Of a DNA stretch of 56,129 nucleotides, positions 1 to 10,427 are shown in pieces. Source of the DNA: Alloascoidea hylecoeti (Eukaryota); contig BCKZ01000001.1 of assembly GCA_001600815.1 (NCBI GenBank), forward strand, positions 1,769,389-1,825,517. The letters run 5' to 3'. The notes under the pieces are model-generated. The model had not been told where the DNA came from. It searched no databases and saw only the letters and a list, made by a program, of their open reading frames with translations. Numbering within the stretch: position 1 is the first letter of the stretch; each line of letters starts with the position of its first letter. The translations under genes were made by a program, and so were the position numbers.

Positions 1-143
1 ATATAGTTTCTTTGCTGCACTGCACCATCCTATAATTTATGCACGTGTTTTTTTCCACCTCCAAAAAAGTTATAAATCTAAAACCCGTATTAAATCATCT
101 ATACCAGTCTCAATTGATTTGTAAAACCTGTAGATAATACCTG

Positions 144-1216
144 ATGGACCAGCCTAAAACTAGACGCTTTACGGAATCCGAGAAAATACAAATGTATACT
201 TTGAGAAACGATGGCGGCTTCTCCATTTGCCAGATTTCTAAAAAAAATAGACGCGTCCTACAATGATGTAGTGGTCTCGTGCTTTACGCGATTAAAAGGT
301 CGACACTCTACTATCCCTGCAGCTAAAACCAGTGGCAGAAAGCCAAAATATTCAGCTAGGTCCACAAGACACTCAGCTCGTATGATAGTAGGTGACCATG
401 ATTTGCCGTTGGAAGATATCGCAAAACAACCCTTGAAGTAACAGTGTAGAGAAACATACCAAAATGTCCTGGCATCCGTAGATTTAAACCATCAAAAAAG
501 AGGTCATTACATCCCCTTAATGAAACAGCACGTCAAGGATGGCAAAAGTTGGGAGGAAAAGCCCCAAAAATGGACTTCTGATAAGTTCAAAGTGGTGGTC
601 TGGTGGGATGAGTTTATGATCCGAGGAAGCCATGGGAATACCGTCGGATTGGTCACTTGTAGCTTTGTAAAAATACTTAAAAAAGTATGAAAGTAGAAAA
701 GGGAATTTAAGAGGAGTGGGAGTCACGGTTTGGGGCTGTATCGGCTGTAAATGTTTTCTGTTATAGCAGTTTTTTGGAAAGGGGTAGAAGGTAACTATGA
801 AAGTTTATCTAAATATTTTGAAAGATGTTTGGAAATCTCAGCTTACCAAATATTTGGCTGAAATTTTCAGGAAGAATATATTATTTATCCAAGATAATGT
901 CCCCATTCACAAAGCTGGTGTCATCAAGTCGTGATTTAGAGAAAGGAGAATTCAAGTGATGGAGTGGCCTGCACATAGCCTAGACCTAAATGCGATTGAG
1001 AAGGTTTGGGCTCAATGCAAAAGAATTATCCACCAAAGTGAAGGAACCCTAACAAACCTGCATGAAGGTAAATATTCTCAAATAAATCAACTTCGAGAAT
1101 TCGCTACAAAGTCTCTCAAAAGTATTGACCAAAATTTCTACTCCAAAATTGTGGCCCAAAAACTGGGAGTCGTAGATTTTCAATTGAAAAGTAGAGGTGG
1201 TCTTGTGGTAGATTAA
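144..1216 (+). mobile_element. Decayed Tc1/mariner (DD34E) transposase pseudogene
   Basis: Stitched frames give an N-terminal HTH-like region with SGRKPK, then VVWWDE (D at 607-609), VTVWGCIG, FIQDNVPIH (D at 893-895) and WPAHSLDLNAIE (E at 998-1000). There are 34 residues between the second D and E. Several frameshifts and an in-frame TGA at 932-934 where Trp is typical. No matching TIR pair seen. Confidence 0.9.
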
Positions 1217-2057
1217 GCCAGAAATACTAGTTGTGAAAAATCATAATTGATATAATTTGATAGAGGAGATTCAGATCATATTTTTCCCTACAAAGTATTT
1301 ACCTACTTTAATATATATGTTTTGTAATGTGTGATTGAACTAATATTTAATTTGACTCGCTTATATGTATGTACGGTATTTTTTGGGTGACTGTTTGTTT
1401 CCCTAATTGGAAATATCTGTACATTGCATACGGCAGTTGATGCATATCGAATGGGTATTTTGGGCCCCGAGTACAAGTATGGCAAATAAATGTATACCAT
1501 AAAAAAGTAAAATTGGTACTGTACTAGCAATTCCCAAAAAGAATATACGATTAATTATTAATTGCAATATCATCGATATGATGTTTAATACCAATATCTA
1601 AACCGAATTACATTTTAGTAATCTTTAAGCGATTCTCAATTATATTTGATTTCACTTGTTGAATCTAAATTAAACCAAAAGTTATTCTTAAACCCCCACG
1701 GCAATTGGCACTGTTATGAAGTTTTTTACGATGGAAGCTTTACAATTGAAAAGATGATACCTTCTCAATGTAGGTCTATATGATACCCACCAGCTATCAA
1801 GTTCGCAAGAAAAGTTTGGTTTAAAACTATAAATTGTCAACCAAACAACACTATGTATTAGATTTTCAATTTTCAAGAGTTTTTGAAGTTCTGTATTTGG
1901 AGTGAATTCTTTATCTGGTTGTAGTATTTATCAAAATGAAATAATAGAGATGTTATGTTATTAATAATAAGCTATATTATGTAATTAGTGGTGATACAAA
2001 CGTTTTCTTCTGCAATTGTTGGTGTGAGGTATAACTGGGTAACTTTTATGTTCAGGT

Positions 2058-3535
2058 TTAAATTTCTTCTATCATTTTTCTATTATCAACCCTTGCCTTT
2101 TCTCCAGGTTTTCTTGGCCATTTTTTAACTTTATCAATATTTTCTCTTGGCCAAAAGATTTCTAATATCCAATAAATTAAAATATCAACAACAACACATA
2201 TAACAAATAGTTTACTTGACCATAATCCACCGATTGAATAATACTTCTTCAATCTATCAATTAAAGGTTCATTTGTTTCATTATCACCAAGAGAATCATA
2301 AACATATTCAGTTCTTTTTGCAACATTTTCCCAATTATATAATTCTTTAATTTCATTATGAAATTTTAATGTACTAACTTTTTTATTTTCAATTAAGTTG
2401 ATTGCTTTTAATGTACTTTTAACCAAAGAATCTGCAGAAGTTTCTGAAAAAACGGTCATATATGATGGTAAAACTTCTGGTATACCACCAACTTTTGTTG
2501 TAACAACTAATAAACCACATGATGCAGCTTCAACAAGTACAGTTCCAAAAGCTTCAGTTAATGAAGCATGCAAGTAAATATGTCCTTTAACCATAGTATC
2601 TCTCACTTCTTCATGCCTTATACCACCAATTAATTCCACCCGTTCTTGTAATTGATACTTTTCTCTCATTTGTTCAATATCAATTCTTTTTGGTCCATCA
2701 CCTGCTATTATAAATCTTACTGTTGGATGGGCTGCACATATCCGTGGAACTATTGCAACTAATAAATCAGCGCCTTTATTTGGATATAACCTTGATATAA
2801 CCATAATTGTGATATTTTTATTAGCTTTGCTTGGATCAGGAGTAAAATCTTCAGATACTAATGCATTTGGAATTACAGATACATTTCTTGGATCTAATGA
2901 TGCTCTTAATGTTGTATTTTCTTTACAAGTATGTGATACACAAATAGTATGCCCAACATCGCTTAGCGTAAAGCTCAATACCTTATTACCTGTTATACTT
3001 CCAGCATCTGCAAAACCAAATAACGAATGGTCAGTGAAAATTGTTTTCAGTTTCATTGTTCTGGCGTGTAAAATCGATTCATGACATAATGATGATAAAC
3101 TCCCATGGCCATGAACAATATTAATGTTTTCTCTTATAAATATTTGTCTTAATATTGGGAATGCTGAAAAAACAGTTGGAAATGTGCTCTCACGATATAA
3201 AACAAAAAATGGCACATAATAAACTTTTATACCATTTGTTAATATTCTTATACCTGATCTATTCCCATAAGCATGTGTTATTATAATAACGGAATGGCCT
3301 AAACTTGCAAGTTTCTAGTAGTAATTAATGATTAGAACAACTTTTTAGTCGGGAAATAATGGTATTTTAAAAAAGATTTCTGATTTGCATACTTGTGATA
3401 AATAATATACGTGTAACTCGACTCCGCCGGCCTGCGGGAAGAAAAAGTCAGACACCATCCTAGAGCCAATTAAACGTATTAGTTAAAGTAAGCCTGAATA
3501 GATGTATAATCCCCTTACGCTATGTTATATGGCAT
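2058..3535 (-). CDS. SPT14: GPI-GlcNAc transferase catalytic subunit (PIG-A/GPI3), 3 exons, ~446 aa
   Basis: Exons 3535-3519, 3459-3393 and 3314-2058. Introns GTAAGG..TAG (59 nt) and GTATGC..TAG (78 nt). Spliced start MPYNIAMVSDFFFPQAGGVE; motifs FTDHSLFGFAD and EAFGTVLVEAASCGL (GT4 family). Confidence 0.96.
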
Positions 3536-3606
3536 TTGTGCCTCAGCTTTTTTCTTAGCGTTGGTGATGCTTCTCAAAAAATGTCTAGATGCTTATGTCA
3601 TCTCCA

Positions 3607-3613
3607 TCACGTG
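3607..3613. promoter_or_regulatory. E-box TCACGTG (Cbf1/Tye7-type bHLH site) in the ~150-bp divergent promoter
   Basis: TCACGTG lies midway between the head-to-head ATGs at 3535 and 3687. Confidence 0.4.
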
Positions 3614-3686
3614 CACGACTACTTGCTTAACAATAAGCTTAATCTGTGTTTCTCCACATAACTTAATATTATAACTCTTCATATTA

Positions 3687-4070
3687 ATGTTTTTTTTCTT
3701 CTTAATCGGAGGTATGTTCAAAACACAGGTTCTATGGCTATAATTTCAATTATCAGAGGAGTATTTTGTAACTAACGCATGTTATAATAGCCCAATCATT
3801 TGACAGTTCTGTCAAGGATATGAAATCATTGCGATTTTATTGTCCTCATTGGTATGTCATTTTATAGCCGTTGTTATATTTTATCTAATAGTATATCCAA
3901 ATAGTCACAACACTTCAGTAGAAGCAGTTAAACATAAACAATTCATAACATTATTTTGGGTGCCAGTGATCCCTATGGAGTGGCACAAGCAATTACGATG
4001 TACTATTTGCGGTTGGAGACAAGACGCTACTACTGAGATGCTTAATCAAATGAAAAATAATCCTCAGTGA
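3687..4070 (+). CDS. Small zinc-ribbon protein, YBL029C-A/UPF0768-like, 3 exons, ~83 aa
   Basis: Exons 3687-3711, 3791-3851 and 3905-4070. Both introns are GTATGT..TAG with CTAAC/CTAAT branch points. Product MFFFFLIG...CPHCHN...FITLFWVPVIP...CTICGW has two CxxC pairs around a hydrophobic FWVPVIP stretch. Confidence 0.88.
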
Positions 4071-4979
4071 TACTAAAAGGGGGTTGTTTTATATGAATAT
4101 ATGGTTATGAATTTTTAATAAAGGTTGTTTGTTGAAGTATTATTGTGATTGCTATGTTGCTCAATGCGTATATTTGGTCCTGAAACCATACATTCCACTT
4201 TATAATTATAATTGTAGTTAGCTCATGAGATTCAAATAATTAGATGAATCCCATTAATTAAGTATACAAACCACAAGCCACTGTTTTGCACTTCTAGCCC
4301 CGCAGTTCTTTCTTCGACTACATGTTTCTATGTTTGTTGAAAGCGATGCCTGTTATGATATGATTATATGATTTCGATCATGATAATTGTCCTTCTAGTA
4401 GAAACCTCATCGAAGTACCACAATAACCTCTCAAATAGAGTCAATGGCTAGCTACTTATAAGCTTAGATATGCACCAGTTGTCAACCATAAAGTACTTAT
4501 TACAAATTTGCAATGGCGGGCCGCAACATCTTTTACTTGTAGGCTATAGGTAAAATTACACATGTTAAATTCAACCTCTTCTCAAACTTCAAAGAATTTA
4601 CGGCTGCCCATATATTATATACTAATTTTAATCCCATCCTTTAAACTAAATTTGATTTGGGAGTGGTATCATGAGTTAATCACATGTCACATTGGGGATA
4701 TATGCTGGTATATCGAAAGACAGAAGACGCACCACAAGCTCCACAAATTCTAAAAAGACCACAGGATTTTATTTTTTAAATTTCGATCGAATTCACTATG
4801 ACATTTTTAATTAATGTTGCCATCGTCAAATAAATCAATACCCATATAATTCATGGTTATAATTAAAAGGCATCTATAATTATAAACAAGTGGATTAATA
4901 GTCTTTTTCCCCGTCGCCAGTTAGGGCATCTAGTGCCATCTACGGGCCTTTCGAAGTATACCATTGTTACTTTCAGGCT

Positions 4980-5183
4980 CTACAAGTTTTCCATCTTGCC
5001 AATGGAATTTGTTCCTGCTTCTTTCACTTTTTCTAATGTAGTCTTTTGAAAGTTTTGTTTAATAGTCTCAAATATTTTCTTTTGGATACTTTTTCCCCCA
5101 CCTATAGAGATTAATTTGTAAGACGCTGTTATCGATCGTGTTGAATCCGTATATATTTGATATTGAAACTTACGATTAGGCAT
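4980..5183 (-). pseudogene. Possible degenerate RNase H fragment (retroelement relic)
   Basis: The ORF contains IYTDS..SI followed ~35 aa later by LEKVK..G, resembling the RNase HI IYTDS and KVKAH-G motifs. The catalytic His and final Asp are not preserved. Confidence 0.3.
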
Positions 5184-5932
5184 TGTTAAATGTTAATATG
5201 TAGTAGAGAGATAGAGATTTAGTGAATTTTAACAGATTAATTAACATTTAGTTTTGATATAGTAAAAAAAAAAGAAAAAAGTAAATAGCGGAAATGATGT
5301 CTTTGTATTGTTCTTAAATCCAAAGGTAACCGCACAGTCTAGGAATATAGAGTGTTATGCTTATTATTCTACAATTGTAATTGTTAATTTAATAAAAGCT
5401 CAATTATAAAATCAAAAGTTCATAATTATATGAATTAATCAAGCAATTAAATATAGCATATGGACAATGAATTCAAAATTAACTTATTCTTAAATACAAA
5501 ATATAAACAATGGTTTTAGATTTAAAAAATATATAATAAAAAATATACAATATAAAAGCTTGCAGTTGGTTAAAATATGCAATTGCTTCAATTTTGGTGT
5601 TTATTATATATGGCCACTGAATACAATTGTAATGAAACTTTGCTCTCGGGTATATCAGAAACGTTAACGGGAACAAAATATTACGTTTGAAATAATACAA
5701 GATTATCGCTACGTTTTGAACCAATCAAACGAAAATTTAATTTTTGTTACAGTTATATCTGGTATTTTGGAACAAACTTATCTTAATTAAAACAACTTAG
5801 TTTGTATATTAGTGTATACTATAATTATATAATTCAGGAACAAAATCGGAATAAAAATCTATTAATATTATTAACATAAAAAAAGGGTTTTAATGATTTG
5901 AGATATAAATGATGACTTAATGTGCAATAGAA

Positions 5933-8900
5933 TTAATTTTTTGCTTGCTTCTTATTCTTCGGAACTCTAGTTAACCAATATAAAAAGGCAGCACCAAAAA
6001 TATTAAAGACAATATAAACAAGCATTAAGCCAAAATTTCTCCATCTATCATCATAATTAAGCTCTAACGTGCTTAAAAATTGATCTGTATTGGTCATTGT
6101 GCAATATTTGCAGTCACTTGTGGCATTTTTATCTATTAAGTAACCACCAGCTACAGACATATACGGCGAGAAGTATTCACCACAAGTTTGGCCTGAAGTG
6201 GCAGGCTGAACAGTGATATACTCCTTCTTAGAACAAACAACCGGAGCTTTACCAACACCAGTGGTTAACAGAGCTGAGATCAAGTATGTGAATGGTGAAA
6301 GACGATACATGAAGATCCAGAAACGAGGCATAGCTTTGGGAGTAGCCATAACGCCACAAAAAACTAAAGTAAGGGAAAACAAAAGTTGGGCAACATTTGC
6401 TGCAGTGTCAGCATCATCCATACCAGCAATAACCATATGAGCAAATGTGGAACTAAAAAGGTAAAACGTCAATACTAATAGGAAAAATAAGGCACCACGT
6501 TCAGCTGTTGAATCTGTATGTGCTGCATTCTTTTGAAGGCCAATTGGATAATAAAAAACAAAGAATGCCATGACCGACATAATCGTTTGCCATGGAAGTT
6601 CCACCAAGATGTTACTAATAATAAATGACTGCCATGAGTAAGTTTTTGATGGTCTTTCTCTTGCTTCATATAGATCCCTCTGTGTTACAAAATTTGGTAT
6701 AATTTGTTGTACTAAATTTCCAAAGACAGTACACATCATAAAAAGAGCAAACATTTGATTTTGAAGACCTTGTTGTGAAGTACCTGCATTCCAGAATGAA
6801 AACCCAATAAATAAATTTGTAATAACACATAAAGCAAATTTAGACCAAATATAAGTGGGGGTTCTCCAATACTGTTGCCATGATCTTTTAAAAACTTCAT
6901 GTAATTGAACAGAAAAAGGAGCAGCAAAAGATTGTATAACTTCTTCCCCTGAAGAAGGATTATTTTTCTTCAAATTTTCGGCCATTTCATTTAATGTTTT
7001 CTTCAATTCAGCACGCTCGTCACTCTCTAACCAAACTTGGTGGAAATCATGTTTAGCTTTGGATCCAGGAGCAGCGCCAATAACTTCAAGCATCCATTCA
7101 GCTGGGTTAGCATCTGGAGGACATGAATCTGCTCCATTTTTCTCAAAATAGTCAATCATAGTTCTAGAATTTTCGCCAATATCACCAAAGTAAACAGTTT
7201 TACCTCCACGAGCCATGAACAACAGTTTATCAAACTGTTGAAATAACAAGGCTGAAGGTTGATGAATAGTACATAAAATAGCTTGCCCATTATTAGCAAG
7301 TTTTCTCATCAAGTTACAAATAGACCAAGCAGTTTGAGAATCAAGACCTGAGGTCGGTTCATCTAAAAATAATAATAACTCTGGTTTGGCCGCTAACTCA
7401 ACTCCAATTGTTAATCTTTTACGTTGTTCAACATTTAAACCTTCACCAGGAATACCAACTACTGCATCTGAATAAGCTTCCATTTCTAAAATCTGAATAA
7501 CTTCATCAACATAAGCAATTTTTTCTTCTTTAGATACACTTTTAGGTTGTCTTAGTAAAGCACTAAAAGTCAAAGCTTCTCTAACAGTAGAAGTGGATAA
7601 ATGAAGATCTTGTTGTTGAACATAACCAGTTTTTCTCTGAAAGGAGCCATCTCTTGGTTGACCATTAACAAGCATATCACCGGTTACAACACCCATAGTG
7701 ACACGATCTGCCAAAACATCCAACAAAGTAGTTTTACCGGCACCTGAAGCGCCCATCAAAGCAGTCAATTTACCAGGTTGCACCCAACCATCAACACCAT
7801 CAAGGATTCTTCTTGTTTCATTCTTAATCTTAATATCATATGTAACATCTTTCCATTCAAAGACACCTCTTTGTTCCAAATCGAGCTTGGGTTTGTGTTC
7901 AGAATGACTATCACCAGTACTAGAATAAGCAGCTTCTTTCTCACCTAAATCAGAAGACTCAATATCATCTGAATGCGTGTGAACATTGTGAGATCTCTTG
8001 AAAACTAAAATTTCACCTTTAGATTTAGCTCCAGAAACGTATTCAGTACCAACTAAGTAAAGGGATGTGAAAAATACAAAGAATGCAATTAAAATACCAA
8101 AATTTCTCCATAAATGGTCTGGTTTATAAGTGAAGGAAGCTTCTATATAATTCTTGCCAATAATAAATGAATCACCTGTAATAGCACCAACTGTAGCACA
8201 TGAGACAGAATGTGATGGAACATCTTTGTATGGTGCACCTGAAGGAACAAATAGAGCACAGGGGAATTTCCTACCATCAAATTCATTAATCATTAATGAT
8301 TCAAAACCATAGGCAATAGGATCTAAATAATTCAACCATCTAAACCATGGATGCATGTAACTTATAGGGATAGTGAAACCAGTATATATAATAAGAGCTA
8401 GGATCAACATAGCAGCGAAAGGCATCGCTTCTTGCAGGGTTTTTGTAAAAGAACCAATGGTTCTGAAAATACTAGACATAACAAAAGTAGTAGAGATAGA
8501 GAATAAGAAAAATATGAAGAAATGACCAGGCGATCTCCTCAAGTTACTCATAAAGTATAAAGCAAGATTGAAAACAATAGCGGTAGAAAACTTTGTTGGC
8601 AAATCACAAATCATAGACGCGAGAGCTTCACAGAAAGGGTGATAAAAAGCATATCTATTATGCTTTTCAACGATGTTTCTTTGAGCATATAAACTGAAAA
8701 TCTCCAAAGCAGATGAGAAGGCATTCATTAAAATTGCGAAGAAAAGTAAGGCACCACGACTGTAAAAACTAGCAGTATTAGTTTTCAAATTGTAAAAAAT
8801 ACTAGAAATAATGAGCGCTATACAAGAATTACCGAAAATAGTAGTGAAAGCCATTGAATAGTCACCTTTCAATCTCAGAAAGCCTCTATGAATACAAATA

Positions 8901-10345
8901 CCAATTTGTTTGGAGATAGATAATGTATAAGGGGATCCTTTTGATAAATGTGTAGATTTTCTTGCATCTCTTGCTTTAACAAAAGCTTCATACCTCTCAC
9001 CCCCTTTAACATATTGACCATTAAATTCTTCAATTTCATCTATAAGTTGCTTGTAAGTATCACTTTCCTTCCATCTTTGAAGAAATTCATCTGGAGTTCT
9101 TGGAACTTTATTTTCAAATCCATCTCTTGGTGTTCTTTCGCTTGGACTTGTTAAAGATGTCAAGAAATCACCAGTAGTTTGTCTATCAGGACATTTAAAT
9201 CCCATATCAATAAAATGTTGTCTTGCATCTTCTATGCGACCAAAGTAAATTTGTCTACCTTCATACAAAAGAATAACTTTACTAAAAGTGTCATATGAAG
9301 CTTGGGAGGCTTGGTATAGTGAGACAAAAACGACCGATCTAGAAGATACAGCTATTCTTCTTAACATGTAACAGAATTCCAAAGCAGTAGCTGAATCTAG
9401 ACCACGAGTTGAATTATCCCAACACTGGAATGGCGCACCAGCCAAGGCTACTTCAGCAATAGAGACACGCTTTCTTTCACCACCGGAAACACCTCTGACA
9501 TAATCATCACCAACTTTTGTATTGACAGTATGGGATAATCCAAGCATAGCCATTGAAACATCACGCATATGTTTTGCCCACTGTTCTCGAGTGACACCTT
9601 CCATACGAGTTCTTGGGGTTCTAGCAGATGCAGCAAATTGTAAAGTATCCCCAACAGTCAAATGAGGAAAATGGGCTTCGGTTTCAGCATTATAAATAAC
9701 TTCACCTCTGAATTTGTGGGCCATTTCCTCAAATGGGATACCTTGATAATTAATTAAAGTAGATTCGTCCAAATGGAAACCATAAGTTTCAGCAGCAATA
9801 GATTTCAAAAAAGTTGTACAACCACTACCTGGGCGACCTAAAACCACACACATTTCACCTTCCCTGACCAAGCCATCAAAATCTTTTAAAATTTGAATTT
9901 TTCTTTGGTTGGAGTTACCTGTAATCTTATTTCTAATGGAATGTGCAGCACTTAGTATAACATTTGTAACAGTTTTTTGGTAATCATTACCGGATGAATA
10001 ACCATAAGCACTCAAATTTCTAAAGGAAATTGCTGAGGTTGGATCAATTCTATCGAGATTCCTATTGTTTAGATTAAGGATATTTTTAGTCCAAGCATCT
10101 GCACTGAAATCAGGACTTGAAGGGTCTAATTTAGGATCAGAAGGATCGAGAAAGGAATTTATTGCTTGTGCGGAACTACTACCACTAGCTTGAGATCGTT
10201 GAGTAATTGTTCTAGCAAGAGTTAAAATCTGTTCGTCTTCAACGGAAGTATAGTTCATATCATTTTTAGTGAAAGTTTTTGGTTGCAATTGATCATTCTT
10301 TGTAAACTCAGAACTGGACTGAGAGTGATGGCTGCTCGTAGCCAT
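5933..10345 (-). CDS. Full-size PDR (ABCG) transporter, PDR5/CDR1-like, 1470 aa
   Basis: NBD1 has Walker A GRPGSGCTT and signature VSGGERKRVSIAE. NBD2 has GASGAGKTT, LNVEQRKRLTIGVEL and LDEPTSGLDSQ. NBD-TMD-NBD-TMD order; intronless. Confidence 0.97.
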   Translation of the reverse strand: MATSSHHSQSSSEFTKNDQLQPKTFTKNDMNYTSVEDEQILTLARTITQRSQASGSSSAQAINSFLDPSDPKLDPSSPDFSADAWTKNILNLNNRNLDRIDPTSAISFRNLSAYGYSSGNDYQKTVTNVILSAAHSIRNKITGNSNQRKIQILKDFDGLVREGEMCVVLGRPGSGCTTFLKSIAAETYGFHLDESTLINYQGIPFEEMAHKFRGEVIYNAETEAHFPHLTVGDTLQFAASARTPRTRMEGVTREQWAKHMRDVSMAMLGLSHTVNTKVGDDYVRGVSGGERKRVSIAEVALAGAPFQCWDNSTRGLDSATALEFCYMLRRIAVSSRSVVFVSLYQASQASYDTFSKVILLYEGRQIYFGRIEDARQHFIDMGFKCPDRQTTGDFLTSLTSPSERTPRDGFENKVPRTPDEFLQRWKESDTYKQLIDEIEEFNGQYVKGGERYEAFVKARDARKSTHLSKGSPYTLSISKQIGICIHRGFLRLKGDYSMAFTTIFGNSCIALIISSIFYNLKTNTASFYSRGALLFFAILMNAFSSALEIFSLYAQRNIVEKHNRYAFYHPFCEALASMICDLPTKFSTAIVFNLALYFMSNLRRSPGHFFIFFLFSISTTFVMSSIFRTIGSFTKTLQEAMPFAAMLILALIIYTGFTIPISYMHPWFRWLNYLDPIAYGFESLMINEFDGRKFPCALFVPSGAPYKDVPSHSVSCATVGAITGDSFIIGKNYIEASFTYKPDHLWRNFGILIAFFVFFTSLYLVGTEYVSGAKSKGEILVFKRSHNVHTHSDDIESSDLGEKEAAYSSTGDSHSEHKPKLDLEQRGVFEWKDVTYDIKIKNETRRILDGVDGWVQPGKLTALMGASGAGKTTLLDVLADRVTMGVVTGDMLVNGQPRDGSFQRKTGYVQQQDLHLSTSTVREALTFSALLRQPKSVSKEEKIAYVDEVIQILEMEAYSDAVVGIPGEGLNVEQRKRLTIGVELAAKPELLLFLDEPTSGLDSQTAWSICNLMRKLANNGQAILCTIHQPSALLFQQFDKLLFMARGGKTVYFGDIGENSRTMIDYFEKNGADSCPPDANPAEWMLEVIGAAPGSKAKHDFHQVWLESDERAELKKTLNEMAENLKKNNPSSGEEVIQSFAAPFSVQLHEVFKRSWQQYWRTPTYIWSKFALCVITNLFIGFSFWNAGTSQQGLQNQMFALFMMCTVFGNLVQQIIPNFVTQRDLYEARERPSKTYSWQSFIISNILVELPWQTIMSVMAFFVFYYPIGLQKNAAHTDSTAERGALFFLLVLTFYLFSSTFAHMVIAGMDDADTAANVAQLLFSLTLVFCGVMATPKAMPRFWIFMYRLSPFTYLISALLTTGVGKAPVVCSKKEYITVQPATSGQTCGEYFSPYMSVAGGYLIDKNATSDCKYCTMTNTDQFLSTLELNYDDRWRNFGLMLVYIVFNIFGAAFLYWLTRVPKNKKQAKN

Positions 10346-10419
10346 GATTCAATAATAATTATTGTTGAAATAGGGCTGGAACGAAAATAGAAAAAATTTG
10401 AATTAGAGGATCTAAGAAG

Positions 10420-10427
10420 TATTTATA
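10420..10427 (-). promoter_or_regulatory. TATA box (TATAAATA) of the PDR gene
   Basis: Consensus TATAWAWR about 75 bp upstream of the ATG at 10345. Confidence 0.5.

Noticed and set aside
6213..9654. Short ORFs nested in the PDR gene (likewise in SPT14, RIT1, MRN1, the fusion gene and PRI2)
   Set aside because: Antisense or off-frame shadows with no motifs.
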